37,919 nucleotides of DNA from Desulfobacterales bacterium (GCA_012974315.1 JAAXQI010000216.1:1-37919), one strand, 5' to 3'; shown: positions 17,004 to 26,701, counted from the stretch's first letter. A program made the numbers and translations. The notes: generated by a model from the letters alone, not told the origin.

Positions 17004-19382
17004 ATGGCTGATGATAAAGCATCAACAGATAAACAGAGCAATGTAAATCCGGCTGATCTTCCCATACCTGAGGAGTTACCGGTTCTGCCACTCAATGATT
17101 TTGTCTTTTTCCCTGGTATGGGCTTTCCGCTTCAGGTTTCCAATGAACATTCCAGGCAGTTGATCGACGATGCCCTGCTGAAGGACAGGTTGATTGCTGT
17201 GGTCTCCCATAAGAAGATTTCTGAAAAGGAACCCTCAAAAAAGCTTTCCGATCATCTTCATTCCATCGGGGTTGTCTGCTATATCCATAAGCTTATCAAA
17301 TCCCAGGAGGGCTTTTACCAGGTGGTTATGAGTGCGGCAAAAAAAATCAGAATACTGGAATTTACTGCAGAGGAACCATACCTTAAAGCCCGCATCGAAG
17401 TTCTTGAAATGAAGGTGGAGGAGGACAAGGAGGTTGAGGCCCATATTCTTAATCTGCGCACCCAGTTTAAAAAAATGGTCACGCTTTCCCAGTTGCCGCC
17501 TGAACTGTATATGACTGTAGCGGCCATTACTGATCCCTATCACATAGCCTATTTAGTAACTTCCCAGTTGAACCTGTCCCTGGATGAAGAGCAGGTAATC
17601 CTTGAAATCGTAGAACTCAAGGAAATGCTGCGCAAGGTGGCGGCGGAACTTGCCAAGCGCTTGGAAACCGTTGAGATGAGCAACAATATCCAGAAGGCTG
17701 TCAAGGAGGATATGGACGATAAGCAGCGGGAGTTTTTCCTGCGGCAGCAGTTGAAAGCAATTCGCAAGGAACTTGGCGATGAGGATGAACACGCCGATAT
17801 AAACGAACTCAAAAAAAGGGTTGAAGATGCAGAATTAGGCGAGGAACCCCGTAAAGCCGCAGAAAAGGAACTGGGCCGGCTCGCAAAGATTCCTCCCTCG
17901 TCACCTGAGTATACCGTTTCACGGACGTACCTGGAATGGATTCTGGATTTGCCATGGGAGATATCCACCACAGATGCATTGGATATTGAAGAGGCCCAAC
18001 GGGTTCTTGATAATGATCATTATGGTCTGGAAAAGATCAAAAAGAGGATAATAGAGTTTCTGGCTGTACGAAAACTAAAAGCTGATATGCATGGGCCTAT
18101 CCTGTGTTTTGTGGGGCCCCCCGGGGTTGGTAAAACTTCGCTGGGGCAGTCAATTGCCCGGGCTCTTGGAAGAAAGTTTGTGCGTATTTCGTTGGGAGGC
18201 GTCCGGGATGAGGCTGAGATCAGGGGACATAGAAGAACATATATCGGAGCCCTTCCCGGTCGGATCATTCAAAGCCTGCGCAAGGCAGGTTCCAATAATC
18301 CTCTTTTTATGCTGGATGAGGTAGACAAGCTGGGCATGGATTTCAGGGGTGATCCATCTTCAGCTCTGCTTGAAGTCCTCGACCCTGAGCAGAATTTTTC
18401 CTTTGCCGATCATTACATGGAAATCCCTTTTGATCTTTCCAGGATAATGTTTATCACCACGGCAAATATTCTTGACACCATTCCCGGGCCGCTGCGCGAC
18501 CGGATGGAAGTTCTTGAACTGCCAGGTTACACCGAAGATGAAAAGCTGATGATTGCCAAGGAGCACTTGATAGAAAAACAGCTTGAAGCCCATGGCTTGA
18601 CCGGAGATGACCTGGAACTGACAGATGATGCCATCCGCAATATTATCCGTTCCTATACAAGGGAGGCAGGTGTCCGCAATATTGAGAGGAAACTGGCGGC
18701 AATTTGCCGGGTTGTGGCAAAGGACATTGTTTCAGGTTCCACTAAAAAGGCTGTTGTTGATACTAAAAACCTGCAGACATATCTCGGGTCCATCCGCTTT
18801 TTTCCCGAGATGTTGGCCAGAACCTGGGGGCCTGGCCTTGCGACCGGGCTTGCCTGGACTCCCTTCGGAGGTGATATCCTCTTTATCGAGTCGGCAAAAA
18901 TGCCGGGCAGGGGTGGACTTGCCCTAACAGGAAAGCTGGGAGAAGTGATGAAGGAGTCGGCCACTGCGGCCATGACCTATCTTCGAACCAAGGCGTCCCG
19001 ATTTGCTATTAAAGATGCTGTTTTTGCAGAAACAGACACCCACATTCATGTGCCTGAAGGGGCTATACCCAAGGATGGTCCTTCAGCCGGGGTGGCCATG
19101 GTGGTTTCACTTACCTCGCTTTTTACTGATCGGCCGGTGCGTAAGGATCTTGCCATGACCGGAGAAATAACATTACGCGGAGATGTCCTGCCGGTTGGCG
19201 GTATCAAGGAAAAGGTGATTGCCGCGGTAAGGGCCGGGATAACAAATATTATACTGCCCCATCTCAATGAAAAGGATGTTATCGAACTGCCGGATAATGT
19301 AAAAAAGGGGATCAAGTTTCACCTGGTACAGGGTATTGAGGAAGCATTGGAGATTGCCCTGGAGAAAGGCAAAAAGAAGTAA
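17004..19382 (+). CDS. lon: ATP-dependent Lon protease (endopeptidase La)
   Basis: 792-aa ORF. It has a LON N-domain, an AAA+ module with Walker A GPPGVGKTS and Walker B LFMLDEVDK, and a protease domain with the catalytic PKDGPSAG and the downstream conserved motif TGEITLRG. Confidence 0.97.
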   Translation: MADDKASTDKQSNVNPADLPIPEELPVLPLNDFVFFPGMGFPLQVSNEHSRQLIDDALLKDRLIAVVSHKKISEKEPSKKLSDHLHSIGVVCYIHKLIKSQEGFYQVVMSAAKKIRILEFTAEEPYLKARIEVLEMKVEEDKEVEAHILNLRTQFKKMVTLSQLPPELYMTVAAITDPYHIAYLVTSQLNLSLDEEQVILEIVELKEMLRKVAAELAKRLETVEMSNNIQKAVKEDMDDKQREFFLRQQLKAIRKELGDEDEHADINELKKRVEDAELGEEPRKAAEKELGRLAKIPPSSPEYTVSRTYLEWILDLPWEISTTDALDIEEAQRVLDNDHYGLEKIKKRIIEFLAVRKLKADMHGPILCFVGPPGVGKTSLGQSIARALGRKFVRISLGGVRDEAEIRGHRRTYIGALPGRIIQSLRKAGSNNPLFMLDEVDKLGMDFRGDPSSALLEVLDPEQNFSFADHYMEIPFDLSRIMFITTANILDTIPGPLRDRMEVLELPGYTEDEKLMIAKEHLIEKQLEAHGLTGDDLELTDDAIRNIIRSYTREAGVRNIERKLAAICRVVAKDIVSGSTKKAVVDTKNLQTYLGSIRFFPEMLARTWGPGLATGLAWTPFGGDILFIESAKMPGRGGLALTGKLGEVMKESATAAMTYLRTKASRFAIKDAVFAETDTHIHVPEGAIPKDGPSAGVAMVVSLTSLFTDRPVRKDLAMTGEITLRGDVLPVGGIKEKVIAAVRAGITNIILPHLNEKDVIELPDNVKKGIKFHLVQGIEEALEIALEKGKKK

Positions 19383-19491
19383 ACCGCCGGCTGTAAGCCA
19401 TTTTCTGCCTTTATATTTGTCATGGCACTATATAACTAAACCATTCCGTTACAGGCTTTCGTAATTAAATTAATCTCAGGAGGAAATTAAA

Positions 19492-19686
19492 ATGGCAACA
19501 TACAAATGTTCACAATGCGGTATGGCTGTTAATGCGACATGCGCTACTTGTGATGCTCCACTTGTCAATGATACGATAATAATGGAAGATGGGACAGAGG
19601 TTCAAGTTTCAAAATGTCCAAATGGACATGGCAAGATCAAATCTCCCATGTGTTGTGGTGAGGACATGAGTTGTACGATAGGGTAA
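19492..19686 (+). CDS. Small Cys-rich metal-binding protein: desulforedoxin-like motif split by a CxxC-containing insert
   Basis: 64-aa ORF behind a very strong SD (AGGAGGA, 7 nt spacer). It has YKCSQCG near the N-terminus and MCCGEDM near the C-terminus. These match my memory of D. gigas desulforedoxin (...YKCELCG...VCCGEDM...). About 40 aa lie between them and contain CATC and CPNGHG. Confidence 0.78.
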   Translation: MATYKCSQCGMAVNATCATCDAPLVNDTIIMEDGTEVQVSKCPNGHGKIKSPMCCGEDMSCTIG

Positions 19687-19725
19687 CGCATAACAATTCA
19701 AAGAAAATGAACAGTTAAACGCCAT

Positions 19726-20673
19726 TCAATGTTCGTGTTCTGCGCACCCTTCAGCTTTTATGCTTTTTGCAGTAATACGTTGACCGGCTGCCAGGGAGAT
19801 ACAGTTCTTTCCCACCATATGATGGGGGAAATAGCTTTCCTTGGCCTGTCGTAAGCCCGGGACACCGAGGTCCTGTTCACGGTTAACATAGTCAAAACCA
19901 GAAAGTCCATACCTGGAAAACCACTGGTTAATAAGCTGGCCAAGACCAGGTACATTTGCCATTGCCTTTTCAAAATGCCAGACAGCCGTACCGGGATGCA
20001 ATTCTTCTGCAATGGCATATGCCTGGATTCTCCCATCGACCCTGATAGCACCACCGAGAAGTCCAAAATCATCAAAGTGGGCAAAGGTTTCTGCAATGGC
20101 GTTGGCTTCATTGCATAGTCCTGGATTGCGGCCGCAATCCCTGGTCTTGCACCAGTTTTCCTGCATGATTTCACATTCTGCTATGAGTTCTGAAGTTATG
20201 GGGACATATTCACAGAGGTGATTGTTAAGGCATTGTTTTATCTTATTGCGTTTTTTTGAGAAGTTCCGGCCTCCAAGTTCAGCCAGGTCTGACACCAGGT
20301 AAATGTAATCCGCATTGTCACGGTCTTCAGTTACTACGTATTCTGCTGGAGGAAGATTTTCGGTGTTTTTATCCGGGATGCGGATAGCACCAATTACGCT
20401 GACACCGCTAGCGCTGGTGTCAAAAGCTGATATTATATCCGGTATGATGATATCGCCAATCGGGGGGCCACACAGGATATATTCCTTATCATCATTGGCT
20501 GATTTAAGAAGAAAAATAAGGGAGTTGTTGATCTCAGCGAAAAAAACAGGTCTGGATGGTTGCCAGATAAATAAATTGGTGAAGGTATGTTCAGAGATCT
20601 CAGGAGGATATCTGTGCAGATATTCCATGACCAGACTTCTGTCGGCCAGAGTTAATGATCGGATATCAGGCAT
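19726..20673 (-). CDS. DUF2156 domain protein (MprF C-terminal / LPG-synthase_C-like acyltransferase fold)
   Basis: 315-aa ORF with an ATG start. TFTNLFIWQ, DNADYIY, GRNFSKKRNKIKQ, HFEKA and NREQDLGVPGLRQAKESYFP match the family pattern as I remember it. Confidence 0.78.
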   Translation of the reverse strand: MPDIRSLTLADRSLVMEYLHRYPPEISEHTFTNLFIWQPSRPVFFAEINNSLIFLLKSANDDKEYILCGPPIGDIIIPDIISAFDTSASGVSVIGAIRIPDKNTENLPPAEYVVTEDRDNADYIYLVSDLAELGGRNFSKKRNKIKQCLNNHLCEYVPITSELIAECEIMQENWCKTRDCGRNPGLCNEANAIAETFAHFDDFGLLGGAIRVDGRIQAYAIAEELHPGTAVWHFEKAMANVPGLGQLINQWFSRYGLSGFDYVNREQDLGVPGLRQAKESYFPHHMVGKNCISLAAGQRITAKSIKAEGCAEHEH

Positions 20674-20725
20674 AATCTGAGGCTATCTTGAATTATAGAA
20701 AATATTTTGATTTGTAGTCTGAAAA

Positions 20726-20980
20726 TTAGAACTGCTCGCCTTTAATGTTTTTTGCCAGTTGAGCAATTTCAATACCCAGGGCGACACATTGTTTGCCTTC
20801 CATGCAGGCGTCTGCATCTGGAGTTTCCAGGAAGTGCTTCAGCTTATGGTTGTCCTTTTTAAGACTGACAACCCAGGCGTTTTGGTGTTTGTCAAAATTG
20901 ACTGTGAGGTCAATACCACATTGGCCAATTTCGGGATGGATTTCCTGAATTTTCTGATAAAGTTTTTTTTTATCAATCAT
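20726..20980 (-). CDS. Hypothetical small protein (84 aa)
   Basis: ATG start, co-directional with and 52 nt upstream of the DUF2156 gene. The translation looks non-repetitive and protein-like. I recognise no family. Confidence 0.55.
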   Translation of the reverse strand: MIDKKKLYQKIQEIHPEIGQCGIDLTVNFDKHQNAWVVSLKKDNHKLKHFLETPDADACMEGKQCVALGIEIAQLAKNIKGEQF

Positions 20981-21222
20981 GATAGCATCTTCCCAAATGG
21001 GATTGAGTTGTTAAAACCTGTCCGTTATTCTAACAAAAAGCATAATATACTTGATAATACATCATGACATATTCCGGTAGTTTTAATTCTGCAGTTTTTG
21101 TATTAGTATGCAACATTTTTATTGATAAGGCTGAATCCGGAAGTCGTTGGATATGTCCCAGGTTATATTAAGCAGGAGAATTTTAATTCTAATCTAAGTG
21201 CAAGTAAGTTGTTTGAAATGAA

Positions 21223-22950
21223 ATGAAAGTGATATTAGCAAAGAGTGCCGGGTTCTGCATGGGGGTCAGGAGGGCGGTGGAAACGACCCTGGATGTCATC
21301 CAGAAGGAGGATACCGGTGTATCCACTTTTGGCCCGTTGATTCATAACCCCCAGGTTCTTGATCTTTTAGATAAAAGGGGGGTGAAGGTACTCCATGATG
21401 TTCCGGAGCATGAGTCTGGCACAGTTATTATAAGGGCCCATGGCGTTCCCCCTGCACAGAAAGAAAAACTTAAGATGGCAGGCGCCACGATTAAAGATGC
21501 TACCTGTCCCCATGTGGTCAAGGTTCAGGTTATTATCAGGAAATACCTCAAGCAGGGGTATGGAACCGTTATTATCGGTGACCGGAATCATGCTGAGGTT
21601 GAAGGATTGATGGGTTTTGCCGGGAGTTTTGGACAGGTTGTCAGCAACCAGGAGGACGTCAAGAACCTGCAGCTTGATTCCCCCTACATAATAGTCAGCC
21701 AGACAACCCAGGATGAAACAGCCTTTGAAGAACTGAGCAACATGGTCCTGGCCAGATTTCCTGGCGGCAAGGTGTTTAATACCATTTGTGATGCGACCCA
21801 TAAGCGCCAGTCAGAGGTGCGCAGCCTTTGCCAGGATGTGCAGGCAATGGTTGTGGTGGGGGGCAAGAACAGTGCCAATACGCAACGGTTGGCTGAGATC
21901 GCAGAAGGAATGGAGTGCCCGGTTTTTCTGGTCGAAACGGAAGAGGAACTTGATCTTGATGCCCTGGCAAAATATGAATGTGTGGGAGTGACTGCCGGAG
22001 CATCTACCCCTACCTGGATGATAAGCAGGGTGGTCAGGATACTTGAGGCCATTCCCAGTAAAGGCGAGGGACGGCTGAAACATGTTTTCAAGAAATTACT
22101 CTGGCTTTTATTGGCAACCAATATATACGTCGGTTTTGCAGGGAGTGCTCTCACCTATACGGCAGAAACACTTCAGAATAATGTTCCAGAGATTAGTCAT
22201 TTGCTGGTCAGTTTTCTGTATCTTTTTGCCATGCACAACCTGAATCGTTTTACCGATAGAAAATTGCAGAAATTTAATGATCCGCTGCGGGCAATTTTTT
22301 ATGAAAAGTATCGCTGGCCGCTCCTGGTCACCTCAGCATTGTCCCTTGCCCTTGCTCTGACCCTGGTATTTGAACATGGGATAAAGCCGTTTTTTCTTCT
22401 GACGGGCATGAGTATTTTGGGGATTCTTTATAGTGTGCAGGTCATTCCAAAATCATTGATCCCAAATATCAGCGTGAGGGGGCTGAAAGAGATCCCCGGG
22501 TCAAAGACATTTCTGGTGGCGGTTGCCTGGGCTTTTGTTACAACCCTCATTCCAGCCTGGAGTGACTCCCATAACCTTGACCTGTCGACTATAGTCGTCC
22601 TGCTTTTTGTTCTGCTCCTTGTTTTTGTGAGAAATGCACTGTTTGATGTTTTTGAGGTGCAGGGAGACAGGATTGTAGGCAAGGAGACACTGCCGGTTTG
22701 CATCGGTAAGGAAAAAACACTGCTCGTCTTGAATATTATCATGATGTTTCTGCTGGTTTTGCTCTTGCTTATGCCGCTATTTGGTCTTATGTCAAAGGCT
22801 GGTTTCTGGTTGTTACCGGGAATAATATATATTATTGGGCTGACCCGGTTATATAACAGGGGCAAGATAAGCCAGGGCCCAAAACTTGAGTTTTGCCTGG
22901 ATACAGTTTTTTACCTGCTGGCAGCCCTTGCATGGCTGGCGCTTTTATAG
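21223..22950 (+). CDS. ispH: IspH (4-hydroxy-3-methylbut-2-enyl diphosphate reductase) fused to a C-terminal UbiA-superfamily-like polytopic membrane domain
   Basis: One uninterrupted 575-codon ORF. Residues 1-~276 are IspH/LytB, with cluster Cys residues at 12 (GFCMG), 96 (CPHV) and 189 (ICDAT), plus GVTAGASTP. Residues ~287-575 are hydrophobic helices carrying NRFTDRKLQKFNDPLR, LKEIPGSKT and FDVFEVQGDRIVGKETLPV, which are UbiA-like motifs. Confidence 0.9.
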   Translation: MKVILAKSAGFCMGVRRAVETTLDVIQKEDTGVSTFGPLIHNPQVLDLLDKRGVKVLHDVPEHESGTVIIRAHGVPPAQKEKLKMAGATIKDATCPHVVKVQVIIRKYLKQGYGTVIIGDRNHAEVEGLMGFAGSFGQVVSNQEDVKNLQLDSPYIIVSQTTQDETAFEELSNMVLARFPGGKVFNTICDATHKRQSEVRSLCQDVQAMVVVGGKNSANTQRLAEIAEGMECPVFLVETEEELDLDALAKYECVGVTAGASTPTWMISRVVRILEAIPSKGEGRLKHVFKKLLWLLLATNIYVGFAGSALTYTAETLQNNVPEISHLLVSFLYLFAMHNLNRFTDRKLQKFNDPLRAIFYEKYRWPLLVTSALSLALALTLVFEHGIKPFFLLTGMSILGILYSVQVIPKSLIPNISVRGLKEIPGSKTFLVAVAWAFVTTLIPAWSDSHNLDLSTIVVLLFVLLLVFVRNALFDVFEVQGDRIVGKETLPVCIGKEKTLLVLNIIMMFLLVLLLLMPLFGLMSKAGFWLLPGIIYIIGLTRLYNRGKISQGPKLEFCLDTVFYLLAALAWLALL

Positions 22951-23030
22951 GCAGGAATGTTCCTGTACTGCGGCATGTTTAATTTTCAGGCTTAAATATA
23001 ATTAAGTCATAAAATATAATGGAGTAACAG

Positions 23031-24167
23031 ATGTTAGGTTGGTTTAAAAAGAAAAAAACAACCGTGGAAGATACGATTCCCGGGCCCGATGCAATAGAGG
23101 GGGAAGGAGGGCAAAATGCTGAAATCAAAGAGACTTCTATTGGTATCCCATCAGAGTTTGACCCAAGTCAGGAAAACATAATCAGTAAAGCTGCTGAGTC
23201 TGAAGTGCAGGCAGAAAAGCAGGTCAACCAGAAAGGATTGTTCCAGCGTTTGCAGGAGAGTTTGAGTAAGACGCGGGATTCCCTGGTAAGCAGGGTCGAT
23301 GATCTGTTTCTTGGCAAGAAAGAGATTGATGCCCAGCTTTTGGATGAACTTGAAGAGATTTTAATAACAGCTGACCTCGGTGTTAATACAACCCTTGACC
23401 TGCTTGATGAAATCCGTTCCAGGGTGTCAAGACAGGAGCTTAAGGATTCCGGGGCATTAAAGTTGGCCCTGAAGGAGAGGATTCTGGCCTTCTTTGAAGG
23501 ATATGATGATGCAGGCATGAAAATGGTTGAAGAGGGACCTTTTGTCATCATGGTGGTTGGGGTAAACGGGGTGGGGAAGACAACTACAATTGGTAAAATA
23601 GCCAACAAGTTTGTGAATTCCGGTCAGAGTGTTCTGCTGGTGGCTGCAGATACTTTTCGGGCAGCAGCCATTGACCAGTTAAAGATATGGGGTGAACGAG
23701 TGGGTGTGGAGGTGGTGGCAAAAGAGCATGGTGCTGACCCCTCCTCTGTTATTTATGATGCGCTGGATTATGCGGCCTCCAAAAATTTTGATGTCATACT
23801 GGTTGATACTGCCGGCCGGCTGCATACAAAGGTAAACCTGATGGAGGAACTCAAAAAGATCAAGCGGGTGATCTCCAAAAAAATGGCTGGCGCCCCCCAT
23901 GAGATTATGCTTATTCTTGATGCAACTACTGGCCAGAACAGTATTTCCCAGGCCAAGCTTTTTAATGAGGCAGTTGGTCTTACAGGGTTGACCCTTACCA
24001 AGCTTGACGGTACGGCAAAGGGTGGGATTGTGGTGAATATTTCCCATGATTTTCAGATCCCGATCAGGTTTATTGGCATCGGTGAGCAACTTGAGGACCT
24101 GCGCGATTTTGATCCACGGGAATTTATCGAGGCACTCTTTGCAAATGGATCCGAAAAGCAGCTATAA
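23031..24167 (+). CDS. ftsY: Signal recognition particle receptor FtsY
   Basis: 378-aa ORF. It has an acidic N-terminal region, an N-domain, and a G-domain with [18 protein letters not shown] and [17 protein letters not shown] precedes it. Confidence 0.95.
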   Translation: MLGWFKKKKTTVEDTIPGPDAIEGEGGQNAEIKETSIGIPSEFDPSQENIISKAAESEVQAEKQVNQKGLFQRLQESLSKTRDSLVSRVDDLFLGKKEIDAQLLDELEEILITADLGVNTTLDLLDEIRSRVSRQELKDSGALKLALKERILAFFEGYDDAGMKMVEEGPFVIMVVGVNGVGKTTTIGKIANKFVNSGQSVLLVAADTFRAAAIDQLKIWGERVGVEVVAKEHGADPSSVIYDALDYAASKNFDVILVDTAGRLHTKVNLMEELKKIKRVISKKMAGAPHEIMLILDATTGQNSISQAKLFNEAVGLTGLTLTKLDGTAKGGIVVNISHDFQIPIRFIGIGEQLEDLRDFDPREFIEALFANGSEKQL

Positions 24168-24216
24168 GGTGAAAACTTATCTTTTTAAAAACATAATTAC
24201 TGATAGCGAATAAAAA

Positions 24217-25056
24217 ATGGAATATCGACGACATGAACAGCCCGGTTGTGGTGGCTGCTTTCTGCTTATTCTTCTGCTGATTTTTATCACTGGTGGAGCT
24301 CCGTTGTTATTCGAGTTTCTCGGCCTGATAGTCTTTGGTGTTCTTTTTTTACTGTTCAGCGGTATAGCAGCCTTTTGGGCCTTCACTTATTATATGAAGC
24401 GCCAGGTAAGCGCCTATGAGAAGTCCCAAACAGAAACCCACAACACCTTCGTCTTTCTTCTGGTTAATATCCTGGTCAAGGTAGCACAGATTGACGGTAC
24501 GGTGACCAGGGATGAAGTTAAAACAATTCGACATTTTTTCCAGTACAACCTGCATTATTCGCAGAACCAGCTTTACTGGGTCAAAGAGTTGATCAAAGAG
24601 GCACTTGCCTCTACCGTAAGCATTGAGTCATTGTTGCAGGAATTCAGGCAGAAATTTGCCTATGAGCACCGGCTTATTTTGTTGGAGTTGATCTACCAGG
24701 TTTTGTATTCCAATGAAAAGGTGTTGGATTCAGAGCTGCAGCTGGTCAGGAATATTGGGGAATATCTTGGGATTTCCGCCTATGAGCAGAGAAGCACTGA
24801 AGCAAAATATAAAGCCGGGTACAGGGGAGGGGGTGCACCAGCTGGAGAAACTGTTGAGGATAAATATTATGCAATCCTTGGACTTTCCCCCGGGGCCGAT
24901 TTTTCTGAAATAAAGGGTGCCTACCGTAAGCTGAGTATGCAATATCATCCGGACAAGGTCGCCCACCTTGGAGAGGAGTTCAGGAAAGTTGGTGAAGAAA
25001 AAATGAAAGAGATCAATAATGCTTATGAATATCTGAAAAGAAAATTCGCTCAATAA
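24217..25056 (+). CDS. DjlA-like membrane co-chaperone (N-terminal TM segments, TerB-like middle domain, C-terminal J-domain)
   Basis: 279-aa ORF. It has a hydrophobic N-terminus. The C-terminal J-domain is [31 protein letters not shown], containing the HPD motif. Confidence 0.85.
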   Translation: MEYRRHEQPGCGGCFLLILLLIFITGGAPLLFEFLGLIVFGVLFLLFSGIAAFWAFTYYMKRQVSAYEKSQTETHNTFVFLLVNILVKVAQIDGTVTRDEVKTIRHFFQYNLHYSQNQLYWVKELIKEALASTVSIESLLQEFRQKFAYEHRLILLELIYQVLYSNEKVLDSELQLVRNIGEYLGISAYEQRSTEAKYKAGYRGGGAPAGETVEDKYYAILGLSPGADFSEIKGAYRKLSMQYHPDKVAHLGEEFRKVGEEKMKEINNAYEYLKRKFAQ

Positions 25057-25164
25057 TTGATGGCGTCGCAAAAAACGCACTGTTCCTTGTATATCAAAAT
25101 TTTCGCTGTCTACGCTTAGCTGCTTAACCATCCCATGACTTTTTGCGATTCGGCCAATAATTGA
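25051..25164. repeat. MITE-like insertion: ~95-bp element with imperfect terminal inverted repeats, flanked by an 8-10-bp direct repeat
   Basis: CAATAATTGA occurs at 25051-25060, overlapping the djlA-like stop codon, and again at 25155-25164. Inside these copies, the left end TGGCGTCGCAAAAAACGCACTG matches the reverse complement of the right end, TGGCCGAATCGCAAAAAGTCATG. Confidence 0.45.
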
Positions 25165-25304
25165 AAAAGAATGATCTGAGCACTTGGCATTGGAAAACAG
25201 CCGCGTTTTTGCTATTAAAGATGATAATTAGATAAATTTTAATTTTGTGTCATAGAATTTTGACCATAATACTTTGCTAAAATAAGAATCTATTGGAGAA
25301 AAAA

Positions 25305-26489
25305 ATGTCTATTTCAAAAAAGATGAATGAGTTTGCCCAAAGTTCGTCCTGGATTCGCAAGATGTTTGAAGAGGGAGCGAGGATGAAGGCAGAATTTGGT
25401 GCTGAAAATGTCTTTGATTTCAGCCTCGGAAACCCCGATCTGAGTCCTCCTCCCGAGTTCCAGAAAACACTTGTTGATCTTGCCCAAAAGGATATCCCCG
25501 GATCCCATGCCTATATGCCGAACGGGGGGTACCCTTTTGTCCGGGAAGCAGTGGCGGCAAGGATTTCTAAAGAACAGGGTGTAACCCTTTCCGCAGATGA
25601 AATGCTCATGACTTGCGGAGCTGCCGGAGGGCTTAATGTAACGTTGAAGGCTTTGCTTGACCCTGGAGATGAGGTCATTATCCTGACGCCTTTTTTTGTG
25701 GAGTATAAGTTCTATATCGACAACCATGGAGGTGTAAGCAAGGTAGTTTCTACAGACGATTCCTTTGATCTCGACCTGGGGGCAATTGAAGCGGCTATCA
25801 ACGAAAAAACCAAGGCTATCATCATTAACAGCCCCAATAATCCAACAGGACAGATTTATTCCCGTGAGTCCCTCGCTGAACTGGGGAAAGTTTTAACCAC
25901 GGCTTCACAGAAAAATAACAGCACCATCTTTCTTATCGCTGATGAGCCTTACCGCAAGATCGTCTTTGATAACAATGATGTGCCAAGTATCATGCAGGCT
26001 TATTCTAACAGCATAGTGGTCTCTTCCTATTCAAAGGATCTTTCCCTGCCGGGTGAAAGGATCGGTTATATAGCCCTGCATCCGGAAATTGATGAAAAGC
26101 TGCCACTGACCGGGGCGCTTACCCTGGCAAACCGCATTTTGGGATTTGTAAATGCTCCTGCTTTGATGCAGCGTGTTGTAGCTGAACTGCAGGGTGCTTC
26201 AGTAGACAACTCAATTTACACAAGACGGCGGGAAATATTTTGCAGGATTCTTGCAGATGCCGGTTATGAATTTATGCCACCCAAGGGTGCATTCTATGTC
26301 TTTCCAAAATCCCCGATTGCGGATGATGTTGAGTTTGTCAGCAGGCTGAAGGACCAGAAAATTCTTGCCGTACCCGGAAGGGGCTTTGGGGCACCTGGAT
26401 ATTTCAGACTTGCTTTCTGTGTTGATGACTCAGTCATTGAACGGTCAGCAGAAGGTTTCCGTAAAGCCATGGAAAATATTAAGGCGTAG
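25305..26489 (+). CDS. Class I/II pyridoxal-phosphate-dependent aminotransferase (AspC-like)
   Basis: Motifs NSPNNPTG, SYSKDLSLPGERIGY (PLP Lys) and GRGFGAPGYFRLAF are present. I place the start at ATG 25305, after a GGAG SD. The tracked ORF begins at TTG 25293. Confidence 0.92.
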   Translation: MSISKKMNEFAQSSSWIRKMFEEGARMKAEFGAENVFDFSLGNPDLSPPPEFQKTLVDLAQKDIPGSHAYMPNGGYPFVREAVAARISKEQGVTLSADEMLMTCGAAGGLNVTLKALLDPGDEVIILTPFFVEYKFYIDNHGGVSKVVSTDDSFDLDLGAIEAAINEKTKAIIINSPNNPTGQIYSRESLAELGKVLTTASQKNNSTIFLIADEPYRKIVFDNNDVPSIMQAYSNSIVVSSYSKDLSLPGERIGYIALHPEIDEKLPLTGALTLANRILGFVNAPALMQRVVAELQGASVDNSIYTRRREIFCRILADAGYEFMPPKGAFYVFPKSPIADDVEFVSRLKDQKILAVPGRGFGAPGYFRLAFCVDDSVIERSAEGFRKAMENIKA

Positions 26490-26701
26490 TGGATGTTGTT
26501 CTTGATTGCCGAAAAGGGGACAGATTTGAAACTGCCCCGGAATGATGCAGGATGATGAAATTCTGGCCAAAGAAGATTTTCAGAAAATAGAGATTTCTCC
26601 ATCAGGGCTATGGTGAGACTGTTGGAAAATCAAGTGAAGCAGCCCACATGCAAGAAGCCAAATGACAGAGAATACTGATATGGGCGGTTGTAATCTTTGT
26701 C

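Noticed and set aside
25190-25215. TGGCAT...TTGC-like string upstream of the aminotransferase as a sigma-54 promoter
   Set aside because: The spacing between the GG and GC elements does not fit TGGCAC-N5-TTGC.
26516-26538. GGGGACAG-N8-CTGCCCC hairpin after the aminotransferase gene as an intrinsic terminator
   Set aside because: The stem is bulged and is not followed by a U-tract. The evidence is insufficient to call a terminator.
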